The notes: generated by a model from the letters alone, not told the origin. A stretch of DNA of 64,000 bases from Desulfomonilia bacterium (GCA_963664325.2 CAXXDQ010000007.1:704001-768000), one strand, 5' to 3'; shown: positions 9,153 through 18,499, counted from the first letter of the stretch. Numbers and translations: made by a program.

Positions 9153-10199
9153 CTACTTCATCATCTTTGAAAGCTTTGTGGAAACTTCTTCAGCCTCTTT
9201 GACCATCCTGTCAAACAGTTCGGCGACACTCGGCAGATCTTTAATCAACCCCGTGTCCTGGCCCACCGGAAGTACCCCGGTTTTTATATCTCCGGCCTCG
9301 GTAGCATCCTTTATCGCCTTAAAGGCATTGGCCATATATGCAAGCTGAAGCGCATTCTTCATGCCCGACGCCAGCACACCTATAAACAGTTTGATATAGG
9401 GCAGGTGTATCTGTTTGGCTATGTCGGCCGAATTGAAAAGCGCTTCGATCATTTTCTTGACATTAAGACCGTTGCGGATGGCAGTATGCGCCGCCGGCGT
9501 ATCAAGCACGCGGCAGCCCAAGCCGTCGAACCTTGTTGAATATAGAGTATCATAGACGTCTTTTTCAATGGAAAGCTTCTTGAAATTATCGTGAAGCGGG
9601 CTCTCTTTCGTTGACATCAGGCGTGTACCCAATGCAACTCCTTCGGCGCCAAGGGCAAGAGCTGCGGCCAGCCCGCGCCCGTCAGCTACACCTCCTGCCG
9701 CAATGACAGGAATCTGTACAGCAGAGGCAATTGTCGGAATGAGCACGAATGTTGTAACATCGCCGCCGTGAGCTGCCGCTTCATGGCCCGTCACTATAAC
9801 GCCGTCTACGCCGTAATCCTGCGCACGTCCGGCATGCCTGTGGTTTACTACGGTCGCCAGCACCTTGCCGCCGTACTGATGAGCCTCTTTAACTATCCAG
9901 TCGCCTTTGCCCAGGGCAAAGTTTATAACCGGAACCCTCTCAGCAAGGGCGACCTTCGCATTGTCCGAAGCCCCTGGGAAAAGCAGAGATGCATTTATGC
10001 CAAACGGCTTGTCGGTGAGAGCCCTAATCTTCTTGATTGAAACCCTGGTCTGTTCGGCATCCAGAGGACCTGTCGCAAGGATTCCAAGACCGCCCGCATT
10101 TGATACGGCGGCAACCATTTCAGGTACGCTTATCCAGCTCATGCCGGAAAGCAATATCGGGTATTTTATGCCCAGTGCTTCGGTGATACGCGTCTTCAT
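9153..10199 (-). CDS. Nitronate monooxygenase / FabK-like enoyl reductase family flavoprotein (second paralog)
   Basis: KYPILLSGM, VSNAGGLG, G.EAAAH, AAGGVADGRG.AAAL.LGAEGV; ATG 10199 follows AAGGAG. Confidence 0.88.
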   Translation of the reverse strand: MKTRITEALGIKYPILLSGMSWISVPEMVAAVSNAGGLGILATGPLDAEQTRVSIKKIRALTDKPFGINASLLFPGASDNAKVALAERVPVINFALGKGDWIVKEAHQYGGKVLATVVNHRHAGRAQDYGVDGVIVTGHEAAAHGGDVTTFVLIPTIASAVQIPVIAAGGVADGRGLAAALALGAEGVALGTRLMSTKESPLHDNFKKLSIEKDVYDTLYSTRFDGLGCRVLDTPAAHTAIRNGLNVKKMIEALFNSADIAKQIHLPYIKLFIGVLASGMKNALQLAYMANAFKAIKDATEAGDIKTGVLPVGQDTGLIKDLPSVAELFDRMVKEAEEVSTKLSKMMK

Positions 10200-10251
10200 A
10201 ACGGCTCCTTCAAGTATTTTCAAAACATTATATACTAAAGACCCGATCTTG

Positions 10252-11221
10252 TCAGCGCTTGATATTCCCGGGCAGTATATACGGATACGGCTTGTTGAAA
10301 ACCTTCAAGTGCAGGAACCTGTCAAATTTCCTGAAAGCCAGATACAGCCGCCAGATGAGCGCGTCTTCCTTATAATAATCATCGATTTCATCAACCGTAA
10401 GCGGGGTGATGCCCAGAGCGGAACATTCTTCGACGAAGAAACGGTTTGCCTTATCGACAAGCCCGGGTATCAACTCGCTCCTCTGTTCCTTGTGAAAGTT
10501 TGCAATCAGGTCGATAGCCACTTTCCTGAAATCATAATACCGGTTCATTACTTCGCTAAGGAAAAAGAGCCTTATCACCCATCTTAAAAATGATGGTGTG
10601 CTTCTGAGGAAGAGCTCCGGGTTTAAGCGCTCCTTGCCGCTTCGCCTCATCAGCGGAGTGCTGGTATCAAGGTAAAAAAGCCCTGTTCTGTCGTTGATCT
10701 CAATTCCGTCGCGCCATCCTGAAACCGCCCAGTTCGAAATCTGCCCGTCAATGCCGACCTCGTCACCGGGATGCGCTGCATTAAAGTCAAAGACTTTTTT
10801 CATTTCCCTCAAGACCATAAGGATAAGCGTATTCACGGAAGCAGCATCTATGTTGTGTATCAGGGTATTGCAGATCGATCCCGAAGGCAGTCTTTTCTGT
10901 GCGTTGTAAATTACCAGATTGCCCTTCTCTGGTATGACCATAACCGAGGCAAATGCAGGGATATCCAGGCCGATGGAACTCAGGAGTGTGTTATATTCGT
11001 TGAAAAGAAGCTCATATTCCTGCATTTCCTGACTGTTCAAGAAAATAGGCATTCTTTTATAGGCAAGACCCTCCTGCCCTGGCTCGTCAATTACGAATAT
11101 GGTGCTCATTTCGCCGTAGCCTATTATCTTAGCTGGGGATCAGGCTCCTGTCCGGGTAAAGCGGATTCAAGCCTTTTTCAAATTTCGAGATATGGTTGTT
11201 GTCTATCTGTTCTTTTATCAT
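10252..11221 (-). pseudogene. Protein-kinase-like hypothetical protein (DUF6206-like) split by a +1 frameshift near its 5' end
   Basis: RBS (GGGAG) and ATG at 11221 give MIKEQID...LIPS-stop; the +1 frame continues PAKIIGYGEMST into the 285-aa ORF; break at the C4 run (GGGG at 11135-11138). Confidence 0.7.
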
Positions 11222-11232
11222 GGAGTCTCCCT

Positions 11233-12492
11233 CTATATCAGTCCAAGTAATTTTTCAGCATCTGAAAGCGACAGATCAACCCTGTCAAGAATTTCATCAG
11301 CCAATGCGGCATCTGCAATCAGCGGCGGCAGGAGCTGGCTGATCCGTTTGTCGTTATTTGCATAGATGCTCAGGACGCCGTTGTCATAGCATGTCCTCGT
11401 CATTACCGGTCCGCACATGTCATTTGCCATTTCAATACCCATCATCAGACCAAGTCTTCGCAGTCTTACAAGGATTCCGGGGTGTCTTTTCATAAGTTCA
11501 TCAAAACCTTTTGCTATCCGGTCTGAAATGCTCGCAACGTTTTCAAGGAATCCGGCCTGTGATGAAATATCCAGCACCTTCATGGCAACAGGGCACCCGA
11601 CCTCGGCGCCTCCGAACGTAGATATATGGATAAACGGATTCGCGTGGAAGAACGTCTGGAGCTCTTTAGTGAAGCAGGTGGCGCTCATGGGATATATACC
11701 GCCTGAAAGGCCTTTGCCTATGACCATGATGTCGGGTGAAACACCGAAATGTTGAATTCCCCAGAGTTTTCCCGTCCGTCCAAGACCCGTCTGAACCTCA
11801 TCCATTATAAGCAGTGCCCTCTTCTTTTCGCACATATCCTTTACATAAGAAAAATAATCGGCATCAGGAACCGGCATTCCCAGCGTTGCGGGTATTGTTT
11901 CGAATATGACGGCAGCCGTGTTTTCATCAACAGCAAAGTCAATGGCCCTTTTGTCATTGAAAGGAATCTGTATGAAACCGGGCTGATTGGGGCCGAACGG
12001 CGCCCTGTACTGTTCATCGCCGGTTGCGATTGCAAATCCAGTATGGCCATGGTAACCGCCGTTTGCTGAAATTATCTTCTGCCTGCCCGTGTAGCCTCTC
12101 GCAAGCTTGATGGCCAGGTCGATCGCCTCCCCTCCTCCCGAGCCGAAGACCGTATAGGTGAGCCCTTCAGGTGTAAGCCCGGCCAGCTTTTCGGCGAGAA
12201 TTGCCCTCTGCTCGCTTATGAGGTGATGATTGCCTATATCGAGTTCATCAAGCGCACCCTTCAGCGCTTCGATAATCTCCGGGTTTCTGTGCCCCAGGTT
12301 GAATACGCCGCCGTTGGAATGGCAGTTGATAAGCCTTTTGCCGCTCACTGCATCCCAGATAAAGGGCCCCTGCCTTTTGCCAAAGACAAAGTCAATGCCA
12401 ACGCTTTTGAAAAATTCAGCCTTGCCCGAAGAAACATAAGCTGCAAACCGGTTTATAATACCTTCTTTTGAATCCGTCCCGATATGACTCAT
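11233..12492 (-). CDS. Class III PLP-dependent aminotransferase-family enzyme (putrescine/ornithine aminotransferase-like)
   Basis: NLGHRNP, SGGGEA, GYHG, DEVQTGLGRTG, GKGLSGG (PLP Lys), STFGG. Confidence 0.92.
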   Translation of the reverse strand: MSHIGTDSKEGIINRFAAYVSSGKAEFFKSVGIDFVFGKRQGPFIWDAVSGKRLINCHSNGGVFNLGHRNPEIIEALKGALDELDIGNHHLISEQRAILAEKLAGLTPEGLTYTVFGSGGGEAIDLAIKLARGYTGRQKIISANGGYHGHTGFAIATGDEQYRAPFGPNQPGFIQIPFNDKRAIDFAVDENTAAVIFETIPATLGMPVPDADYFSYVKDMCEKKRALLIMDEVQTGLGRTGKLWGIQHFGVSPDIMVIGKGLSGGIYPMSATCFTKELQTFFHANPFIHISTFGGAEVGCPVAMKVLDISSQAGFLENVASISDRIAKGFDELMKRHPGILVRLRRLGLMMGIEMANDMCGPVMTRTCYDNGVLSIYANNDKRISQLLPPLIADAALADEILDRVDLSLSDAEKLLGLI

Positions 12493-12599
12493 ACACTCTC
12501 CGTTTTATGTGATAAAATATGTTAAATAATATCTTTAAAATTGAGTGAATCAAGTGCTGGAAAGCATTTTCCGATAGCAGTCATTATGAAAACATCCAT

Positions 12600-13376
12600 T
12601 CATTCATCCTTCCATTTATATCCGCTGAGCGCCCATAAAACGACGTTGGTTCCGTAAAACACCCAGACCAGCCTGAACATGATTTCGGAAATGTTGCCAA
12701 GGCCCAGATTGTATATTTCTCCGAATATCTCCGTCAGGTACCAGCAGGTGGCTGCGATAGAGACCATCCATGCATTTATTTTCGGATAAAGTCTGTTGCG
12801 CAGCGTTTCCCATGCAAACCACATTGTGGTGCAGAAAAATGCGGTATAAACAGGCGCAATTGCTGCATGCCCTACACGTACAATATCTGTCCATAGTATT
12901 AATATGACAGCAACCGCCGAGCCGTATATTGCAAGAGGCAACCAGAAACGGGAAATTCCGCCCGCACCCTTTTTCAGATATGGCAAACCCCGGCTGATAC
13001 GTATAATTAGAAAAATATGGGCTATAATTGACAGAACCCCGCCCAGCATAAAAACCCATGATCCGACGCTCAGGGAAGGGCTAACAACAACCACGCTCAT
13101 GAGAATATCTGTGGGAAGCATGCAGCAGAAAGCGGCGAGAAGGAGCCTGAAATCCCTGTCGTTCAAACGGTCCCTGCCGGTAATCAAAACTATAACCATT
13201 GATAACAGTGTAATAACTGGCTTGCCAACGGCCGGATAAAGAAACTTTGTGTTTTCAAAATAATTCATCCAGTCTACGCCGAATACAGACCCTGCCAGGA
13301 TAAGAATCAGTCCAAGAATGCTGAAAACAAAAATACGTTTATGCCCGGAAAATGATCCCCTGTTTTGCTCCGTCAT
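12600..13376 (-). CDS. Polytopic membrane protein, YhhN/TMEM86 (lysoplasmalogenase)-like
   Basis: About 8 hydrophobic helices; KP, TDIL and F..G.....IAH pattern resembles YhhN; divergent. Confidence 0.5.
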   Translation of the reverse strand: MTEQNRGSFSGHKRIFVFSILGLILILAGSVFGVDWMNYFENTKFLYPAVGKPVITLLSMVIVLITGRDRLNDRDFRLLLAAFCCMLPTDILMSVVVVSPSLSVGSWVFMLGGVLSIIAHIFLIIRISRGLPYLKKGAGGISRFWLPLAIYGSAVAVILILWTDIVRVGHAAIAPVYTAFFCTTMWFAWETLRNRLYPKINAWMVSIAATCWYLTEIFGEIYNLGLGNISEIMFRLVWVFYGTNVVLWALSGYKWKDE

Positions 13377-13419
13377 GCCTTTCCTCCTTCAAGATATTTT
13401 GCAGATCAGGACGTCCAAA

Positions 13420-15459
13420 TCATTCAAGCCTTTCTTGAAGTTCAATCCTGAACCTGAATTTGCAGTCGTCTTCGAACCACATCGGGAAATTTGTCCCCCA
13501 GATGTTATTGTGAAGATTGAAGTGCAGGCCTTTGCCTGCATCGGGAATCAGGTTGTGAAAGTCTAGGAGTGAAGGGCTGTCAAATGCAACAAGGTGGGCA
13601 TCTGGACTTTCTATAATAATACCTTCTTCGTTTGAGTCATAATAAACGCCTTTACTTATTGCCGACAGTGAACGGTTCCCTTTTGATACAACATCTTTAG
13701 GCGACACTCGGGTACCTAGTTTATCCATATACCAACAAACGGAAGCGGTCCTGTCAAACTGGAAAGTAAACCATGAAGCCTCGGCAATCCTGCAGGCGCT
13801 TTTATTAAACCATTGCAGGGTTATCTCAAGTTCAGGTTTTTCATCCGGGAAGTTGTACAATATCTGAAGCATTCCCGGTGCACCAAGCCTTTTAACGGCG
13901 TAATAGGGCATCTCAATTTCGGTAATGATCGAATCATCTTTAGAATAAATTCCCGCCACATGAGGGAAACACCTTTTGTGTTTTAGCCCCAGCCTTCCCA
14001 TGCCCGGTTTGCTGTAATCGTCTATCGACCAGTAAAAATTATTTCCAAAGTTTTTGATAAATTGTCTGAAAAACCGGCGGTAATCTCCTGATGAAAAATT
14101 CTCGTACATGAAAAGCCCTATCCTGTTGCTGCCGGAACACCATACACGCCCTGTTTTTCTGTGCCTCAGGTAACATATTGAGCCATTAACTGTATCAATC
14201 TCAATATCGAAATGCCTTGTGCTTATTCCTGCCGGTTTTAGCTTTTTAAAGTCTCTTGTGTCAAACAGTACCGGCTCCAATTCCTTGATCGCTGATGTTG
14301 TTTTTTCTGCTAAAGGGGTATTTCCCAGTATCTTAACGGAATCTTCAATATAGCCCCTCTGCTCCATCCAGGATGTCTCGAACTTTCTGCATTTTTCTTT
14401 TTTTCTGAGCTCGGTCAGCCCCTCTTTTGAATAGTGCCAGTAATTCCTGAGATGTGTCTTCTCATCCATGCCCCACGTATGCTCTGCAACACAGATAAGG
14501 TTGTCCCTGACCTTTTCCAGAACAGGCTCTTTCCCCCCTTCGATCAGGCGTAATAGTGCTCTCATTCGTGTTGTTTTCCAGGGGTCGGTTTCTGTACCAT
14601 GAATCCAGGTATCACCGATTTCTTCTCTTACAACAGGAAGTTTTTCCTTTCTGGCAACCGCGGCAGCGGCAAAATCGTTCAGATTTGCAGCTTTTACAGA
14701 ATCCGGATTGAACTTTTTCCTCGCCTTCTCAAAAGCAATCCTGACGCCTTCAGGAGATTGAGGTCCTATATTGTCCAGTGTATGGGCGAACATGAAAAGA
14801 GAATCTCCCAGGATTGTCTGTCCGCCATAACCTTTCTTGTCATAGACAACAATGACTTCAGCGCCATTCTGATGTCGCCATATAAAACTTTCCGGTACAC
14901 CAGGCGGAGTCGATGCATTGTTGACGCCTATATGAAGCATTTGTATCCCTGCCTCGGCAAGAAACGGAACCATCCCTATTGTGTGTCCGGGCACATCGGT
15001 CATCTTGGCACCAATCGTTTTTTTATCGAACCTTTCATCGAGTTTTCTTGATATACTCAAACCATATCTAATCAGGTCGGGGGTCAGTAACTCTGTATGG
15101 GTAGTAAAAGGAAGTCCGTGCCACACAATATCGCCTTCAGCCAACGCTCGTTCAATGTCCGAAAGAGCCTTTCCTGAGGCAATTTCAAGATAATGCCATA
15201 TTATCCATGATCCCAGTGTCCAGATAAACCGGGCTTCGCCTGATTCGGATTTCAGTTGGTTTGCAGTCCTTATTGCCTTTGGTATGAAATCCTCGAAATA
15301 CTGTTTAAGAACATTAGCAGCCAAATCTGTAAAACCCATATCAAGATGCGTTTTAAAAATAATGAACACCCTGTCAGGTTCAGGGAATGTTTCATTCTTT
15401 TCCGTTTTTCTTTCCTTATCAGACATATATCTTGACATATCTTCCCATGTCTTTATCAA
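13420..15459 (-). CDS. DUF5054-like putative glycoside hydrolase (GH38/57-type N-terminal barrel)
   Basis: FKTHLDMGFTD, KMTDVPGHT, EIGDTWIHG, EHTWG, NNIWGTNFPMW motifs; exact start uncertain (15459/15438/15426). Confidence 0.75.
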   Translation of the reverse strand: MIKTWEDMSRYMSDKERKTEKNETFPEPDRVFIIFKTHLDMGFTDLAANVLKQYFEDFIPKAIRTANQLKSESGEARFIWTLGSWIIWHYLEIASGKALSDIERALAEGDIVWHGLPFTTHTELLTPDLIRYGLSISRKLDERFDKKTIGAKMTDVPGHTIGMVPFLAEAGIQMLHIGVNNASTPPGVPESFIWRHQNGAEVIVVYDKKGYGGQTILGDSLFMFAHTLDNIGPQSPEGVRIAFEKARKKFNPDSVKAANLNDFAAAAVARKEKLPVVREEIGDTWIHGTETDPWKTTRMRALLRLIEGGKEPVLEKVRDNLICVAEHTWGMDEKTHLRNYWHYSKEGLTELRKKEKCRKFETSWMEQRGYIEDSVKILGNTPLAEKTTSAIKELEPVLFDTRDFKKLKPAGISTRHFDIEIDTVNGSICYLRHRKTGRVWCSGSNRIGLFMYENFSSGDYRRFFRQFIKNFGNNFYWSIDDYSKPGMGRLGLKHKRCFPHVAGIYSKDDSIITEIEMPYYAVKRLGAPGMLQILYNFPDEKPELEITLQWFNKSACRIAEASWFTFQFDRTASVCWYMDKLGTRVSPKDVVSKGNRSLSAISKGVYYDSNEEGIIIESPDAHLVAFDSPSLLDFHNLIPDAGKGLHFNLHNNIWGTNFPMWFEDDCKFRFRIELQERLE

Positions 15460-15602
15460 TGCAACTACAATATTATTCGAAATATTGCAGCGTCAAGGAT
15501 TGTTCCTTCATTATGTTTAATGATGACAAGATAACGAAAACAATAAAATAAACTCCGGTTACAACAGCCCTGGCAAGCCATGACAATACAAACATTATAT
15601 TC

Positions 15603-15631
15603 TTGACAATCCTTCATTGCTGTCGTAATGC
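15603..15631 (+). promoter_or_regulatory. Putative sigma70 promoter of the cold-shock gene, implying a ~150-nt 5' UTR
   Basis: TTGACA-17 nt-TAATGC; long leaders are typical of csp mRNAs. Confidence 0.45.
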
Positions 15632-15787
15632 TCCCATGCAACTGAGATTCGAGTAATCCAATACCGAAAATGACCTTCAACAACATCTCGATGATCCTAT
15701 TCGGCAATTGAAATAAATCGTTTTTCAGAAATACAAAACAGTTTGTATTCCCTTTTCCTGAGACTACAAACAAGACACGAGGTAGAA

Positions 15788-15991
15788 ATGGCTAACGGAA
15801 CAGTAAAATGGTTTAATGAACAGAAGGGTTTTGGATTTATTACCGCGGAAAACGGTCAGGATGTTTTTGTACATTTCTCGGCCATTAAAGCTGAGGGTTT
15901 CAAATCACTCAACGAAGGCGACCGTGTATCTTTTGAGATAACCAACGGTCCAAAAGGGCCTCAGGCAACTAATGTAACAAAGGCAAAATAG
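15788..15991 (+). CDS. csp: Cold-shock protein (CspA family)
   Basis: GTVKWFN.QKGFGFI (RNP1), VFVHFSAI (RNP2), GPKGPQA; ATG 15788 follows GAGG. Confidence 0.97.
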   Translation: MANGTVKWFNEQKGFGFITAENGQDVFVHFSAIKAEGFKSLNEGDRVSFEITNGPKGPQATNVTKAK

Positions 15992-16001
15992 TTTTTCCAA
16001 C

Positions 16002-16025
16002 GGCGGCTTGCTGCCGCCCTTTTTT
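16002..16025 (+). terminator. Putative intrinsic terminator after csp
   Basis: GGCGGC-TTGCT-GCCGCC followed by CTTTTTT. Confidence 0.55.
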
Positions 16026-16032
16026 GAAATTT

Positions 16033-16227
16033 ATGGGAAATAAATCACATCACACTTTTAAAAAAAACGAGCGTGAAAAGATTAAACGCCAGAAAAAGGC
16101 AGACAAGCTCGCAAAAAAAATCGAACTTAAAAAATCCAAACCTGAAATCCTTCCCCGAGAGGACGGATTTGATCCCGACATCGCAGACATAATCCCTGGA
16201 CCTCAAGCGCGACCGGATGAAGTATAA
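16033..16227 (+). CDS. Small hypothetical protein, Lys-rich N-terminus and acidic DPDIADIIPGPQ tail
   Basis: 64-aa ORF with protein-like bipartite charge pattern directly after csp; weak RBS. Confidence 0.6.
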   Translation: MGNKSHHTFKKNEREKIKRQKKADKLAKKIELKKSKPEILPREDGFDPDIADIIPGPQARPDEV

Positions 16228-16346
16228 CTCTTAAAAAAAAGACAGATAACCGGCTTACTATAATCAGATATTTTTGAATCGCTGCAAGTCGTATTTCAAA
16301 ATAAGAAAACCATTATTACGAGTATAATCGTAGTGTTGAATTCCTG

Positions 16347-16382
16347 AATAAAAAACCCTCAGGTAAAAGTATATCTGAGGGT
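16347..16382 (-). terminator. Intrinsic terminator closing the ribosomal superoperon
   Basis: ACCCTCAG...CTGAGGGT stem followed by a T-run on the minus strand, 25 nt after the rplQ stop. Confidence 0.7.
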
Positions 16383-16406
16383 CTTATTAAAAAAGATGAT
16401 TATTTT

Positions 16407-16793
16407 TTAGGATTTTTTCTCTATTGAAGCAGCTTTCGCGCGATCGACCCATTCCATAATCACCATGGGCGCATTGTCACCCTTGCGATTTGAAGATCGG
16501 ATAATTCTTGTATAACCCCCGTTCCTCTCGGCAAACCTCGGTCCGAGATCCTTGAACAGTTTTCCAAGAGCTTCCTTGGTTTTAACTGTCACTGAAGCCT
16601 GGCGGACTGCGGCAAGATTCCCTTTCTTCCCGAGCGTTATCATATGATCGGCTACTTTTCTAAGTTCTTTGGCCCTTGTTACTGTAGTCATGATTCTTTC
16701 ATGGAGTATCAGTGAAGTAACCATGTTCTTCAGCATGGCTTCTCTGATGTCTGTCTTCATTCCTAGTTTTCTTCCAGATATACGGTGGTACAT
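16407..16793 (-). CDS. rplQ: 50S ribosomal protein L17
   Basis: R.GGYTRI, R.GDNAPM; follows rpoA. Confidence 0.98.
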   Translation of the reverse strand: MYHRISGRKLGMKTDIREAMLKNMVTSLILHERIMTTVTRAKELRKVADHMITLGKKGNLAAVRQASVTVKTKEALGKLFKDLGPRFAERNGGYTRIIRSSNRKGDNAPMVIMEWVDRAKAASIEKKS

Positions 16794-16802
16794 GGCTTCC
16801 CC

Positions 16803-17840
16803 CTACTTGCTCTCCTCTTCTTCCATCCTTTTTCTTCTTGCCTCGATCTCATCACGGCTTGGCAGATCAGGCAGCTTTATTCCGATGTGTAATCCCATTT
16901 TGGCTAGCTTTTCCTTTATTTCTTCAAGTGACTTACGACCGAAATTTTTTGTTCTAAGCAGTTCAACTTCAGTCTTTTGAACCAGTTCATATATATATGT
17001 CATATTTGCGTTTTTAAGGCAGTTTGCAGATCTTACAGACAATTCGAGTTCCTCAACGGTCCTGAACAGGTTTTCATTAAGCCCCTTATCTGCCTTCTCC
17101 GCCTCAATCTTCCTCTCGATCTCTTCTTCCTGGAAGTTGATAAACACATTCATATACTCTTTTTGTATCTTGGCAGCAAAAGCAAGGGCATCTTCAGGCT
17201 TGACGACGCCATTGGTCCATATTTCAAGCGAAAGCCTGTCATAGTCAGTTCTTCGACCGACAATAGTAGGAGTTACATTGAACGCGACCCTTCTTACAGG
17301 CGAGAATACGGCATCAATTGCAATCCATCCTGCCGTATCAATTTTCTCTTTGTTGAGTTCAGCCTGTACATAGCCTCTTCCATACTCAATACGCATTTCC
17401 AGTTTCAGTACAGTATTGTTCTCTATTGTTGCAATTATCTGATCCGGATTGATCACATCTATATTTGCCCCGGTATCTATGTCACCAGCTGTAACGACAC
17501 AGGGGCCTTGTTTCTCAAGCGTAACCAGCTGAGGCTTTTCCGAGTGCATCCTCAGCACAACTTTCTTGAGATTAAGAATAATATTAGTTACGTCCTCAAG
17601 AACCCCTGGGATGCTGCAGAATTCATGCACCACATTCAGAGAATCATCGAATTTTACTCCGATAATTGCCGAACCATAGATTGAAGATAGAAGTATTCTT
17701 CTCAACGAATTACCAATGGTAACGCCAAAACCTCTTTCAAGCGGCTGGGCATTAAAGCGGGCGTATGTCTCTGAATGTGTTGATTCTACTATCTCAAGCC
17801 TGCCGGGTTGAACGATTTCTTTCCAGTTCTTTTCTATCAT
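16803..17840 (-). CDS. rpoA: RNA polymerase alpha subunit
   Basis: [38 protein letters not shown]. Confidence 0.99.
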   Translation of the reverse strand: MIEKNWKEIVQPGRLEIVESTHSETYARFNAQPLERGFGVTIGNSLRRILLSSIYGSAIIGVKFDDSLNVVHEFCSIPGVLEDVTNIILNLKKVVLRMHSEKPQLVTLEKQGPCVVTAGDIDTGANIDVINPDQIIATIENNTVLKLEMRIEYGRGYVQAELNKEKIDTAGWIAIDAVFSPVRRVAFNVTPTIVGRRTDYDRLSLEIWTNGVVKPEDALAFAAKIQKEYMNVFINFQEEEIERKIEAEKADKGLNENLFRTVEELELSVRSANCLKNANMTYIYELVQKTEVELLRTKNFGRKSLEEIKEKLAKMGLHIGIKLPDLPSRDEIEARRKRMEEEESK

Positions 17841-17860
17841 CCCTTATATCCCGCCTTTAA

Positions 17861-18487
17861 TTATTTTGAGTAGTACTCAACAATTAATGTTTCCTGGACT
17901 TCCATAGGCATATCTTTTCTTTCCGGTATCGCCTTTATTGTCCCTTTCTTCGCTTCCTTGTCAACATCAAGCCATTCCACCCTGCCCCTCGACTCGCTCA
18001 TTTCAAGAGCATTCTCGATAGTTGCAAGTTTCTTGCTTTTCTCTTTTACTTCGACGACGTCACCTGATTTTATCTGATAAGATGCAATGTCCGTCTTTCT
18101 GCCGTTAACACGGAAATGTCCATGATTGATCAGCTGTCTTGCTTCATTCCTGGATGATGCAAAACCCATTCTGAACACTATATTGTCAAGCCTGCCTTCG
18201 AGAAGTTGAAGAAGCAATTCACCAGTCTGTCCGGTTTGGCTCTTTGCAATGTCGTAATAATGCTTAAACTGTGCTTCACTTACTCCATATGAACTTCTGA
18301 CTTTTTGCTTTTCCCTGAGATGAATCCTGTATTCACTGCTTCGAATTCTGCCCTGACCATGCTGCCCTGGAGCATAATTCCTGTGCTCAATAGCACATTT
18401 ATCCGTATAACACCTCTGACCTTTCAGGAAGAGCTTCGTTCCTTCCCTGCGACAAATCTTGCAAACTGGGCCTGTATACCTAGACAA
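17861..18487 (-). CDS. rpsD: 30S ribosomal protein S4
   Basis: SRYTGP.CK.CRREG, LREKQK, RLDN, IVEYYSK. Confidence 0.99.
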   Translation of the reverse strand: MSRYTGPVCKICRREGTKLFLKGQRCYTDKCAIEHRNYAPGQHGQGRIRSSEYRIHLREKQKVRSSYGVSEAQFKHYYDIAKSQTGQTGELLLQLLEGRLDNIVFRMGFASSRNEARQLINHGHFRVNGRKTDIASYQIKSGDVVEVKEKSKKLATIENALEMSESRGRVEWLDVDKEAKKGTIKAIPERKDMPMEVQETLIVEYYSK

Positions 18488-18499
18488 GACACTCCTCCT

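Noticed and set aside
15465-15773. 102-aa minus-strand ORF in the DUF5054-csp gap
   Set aside because: TTG start, no RBS, overlaps the csp promoter and leader, composition not protein-like
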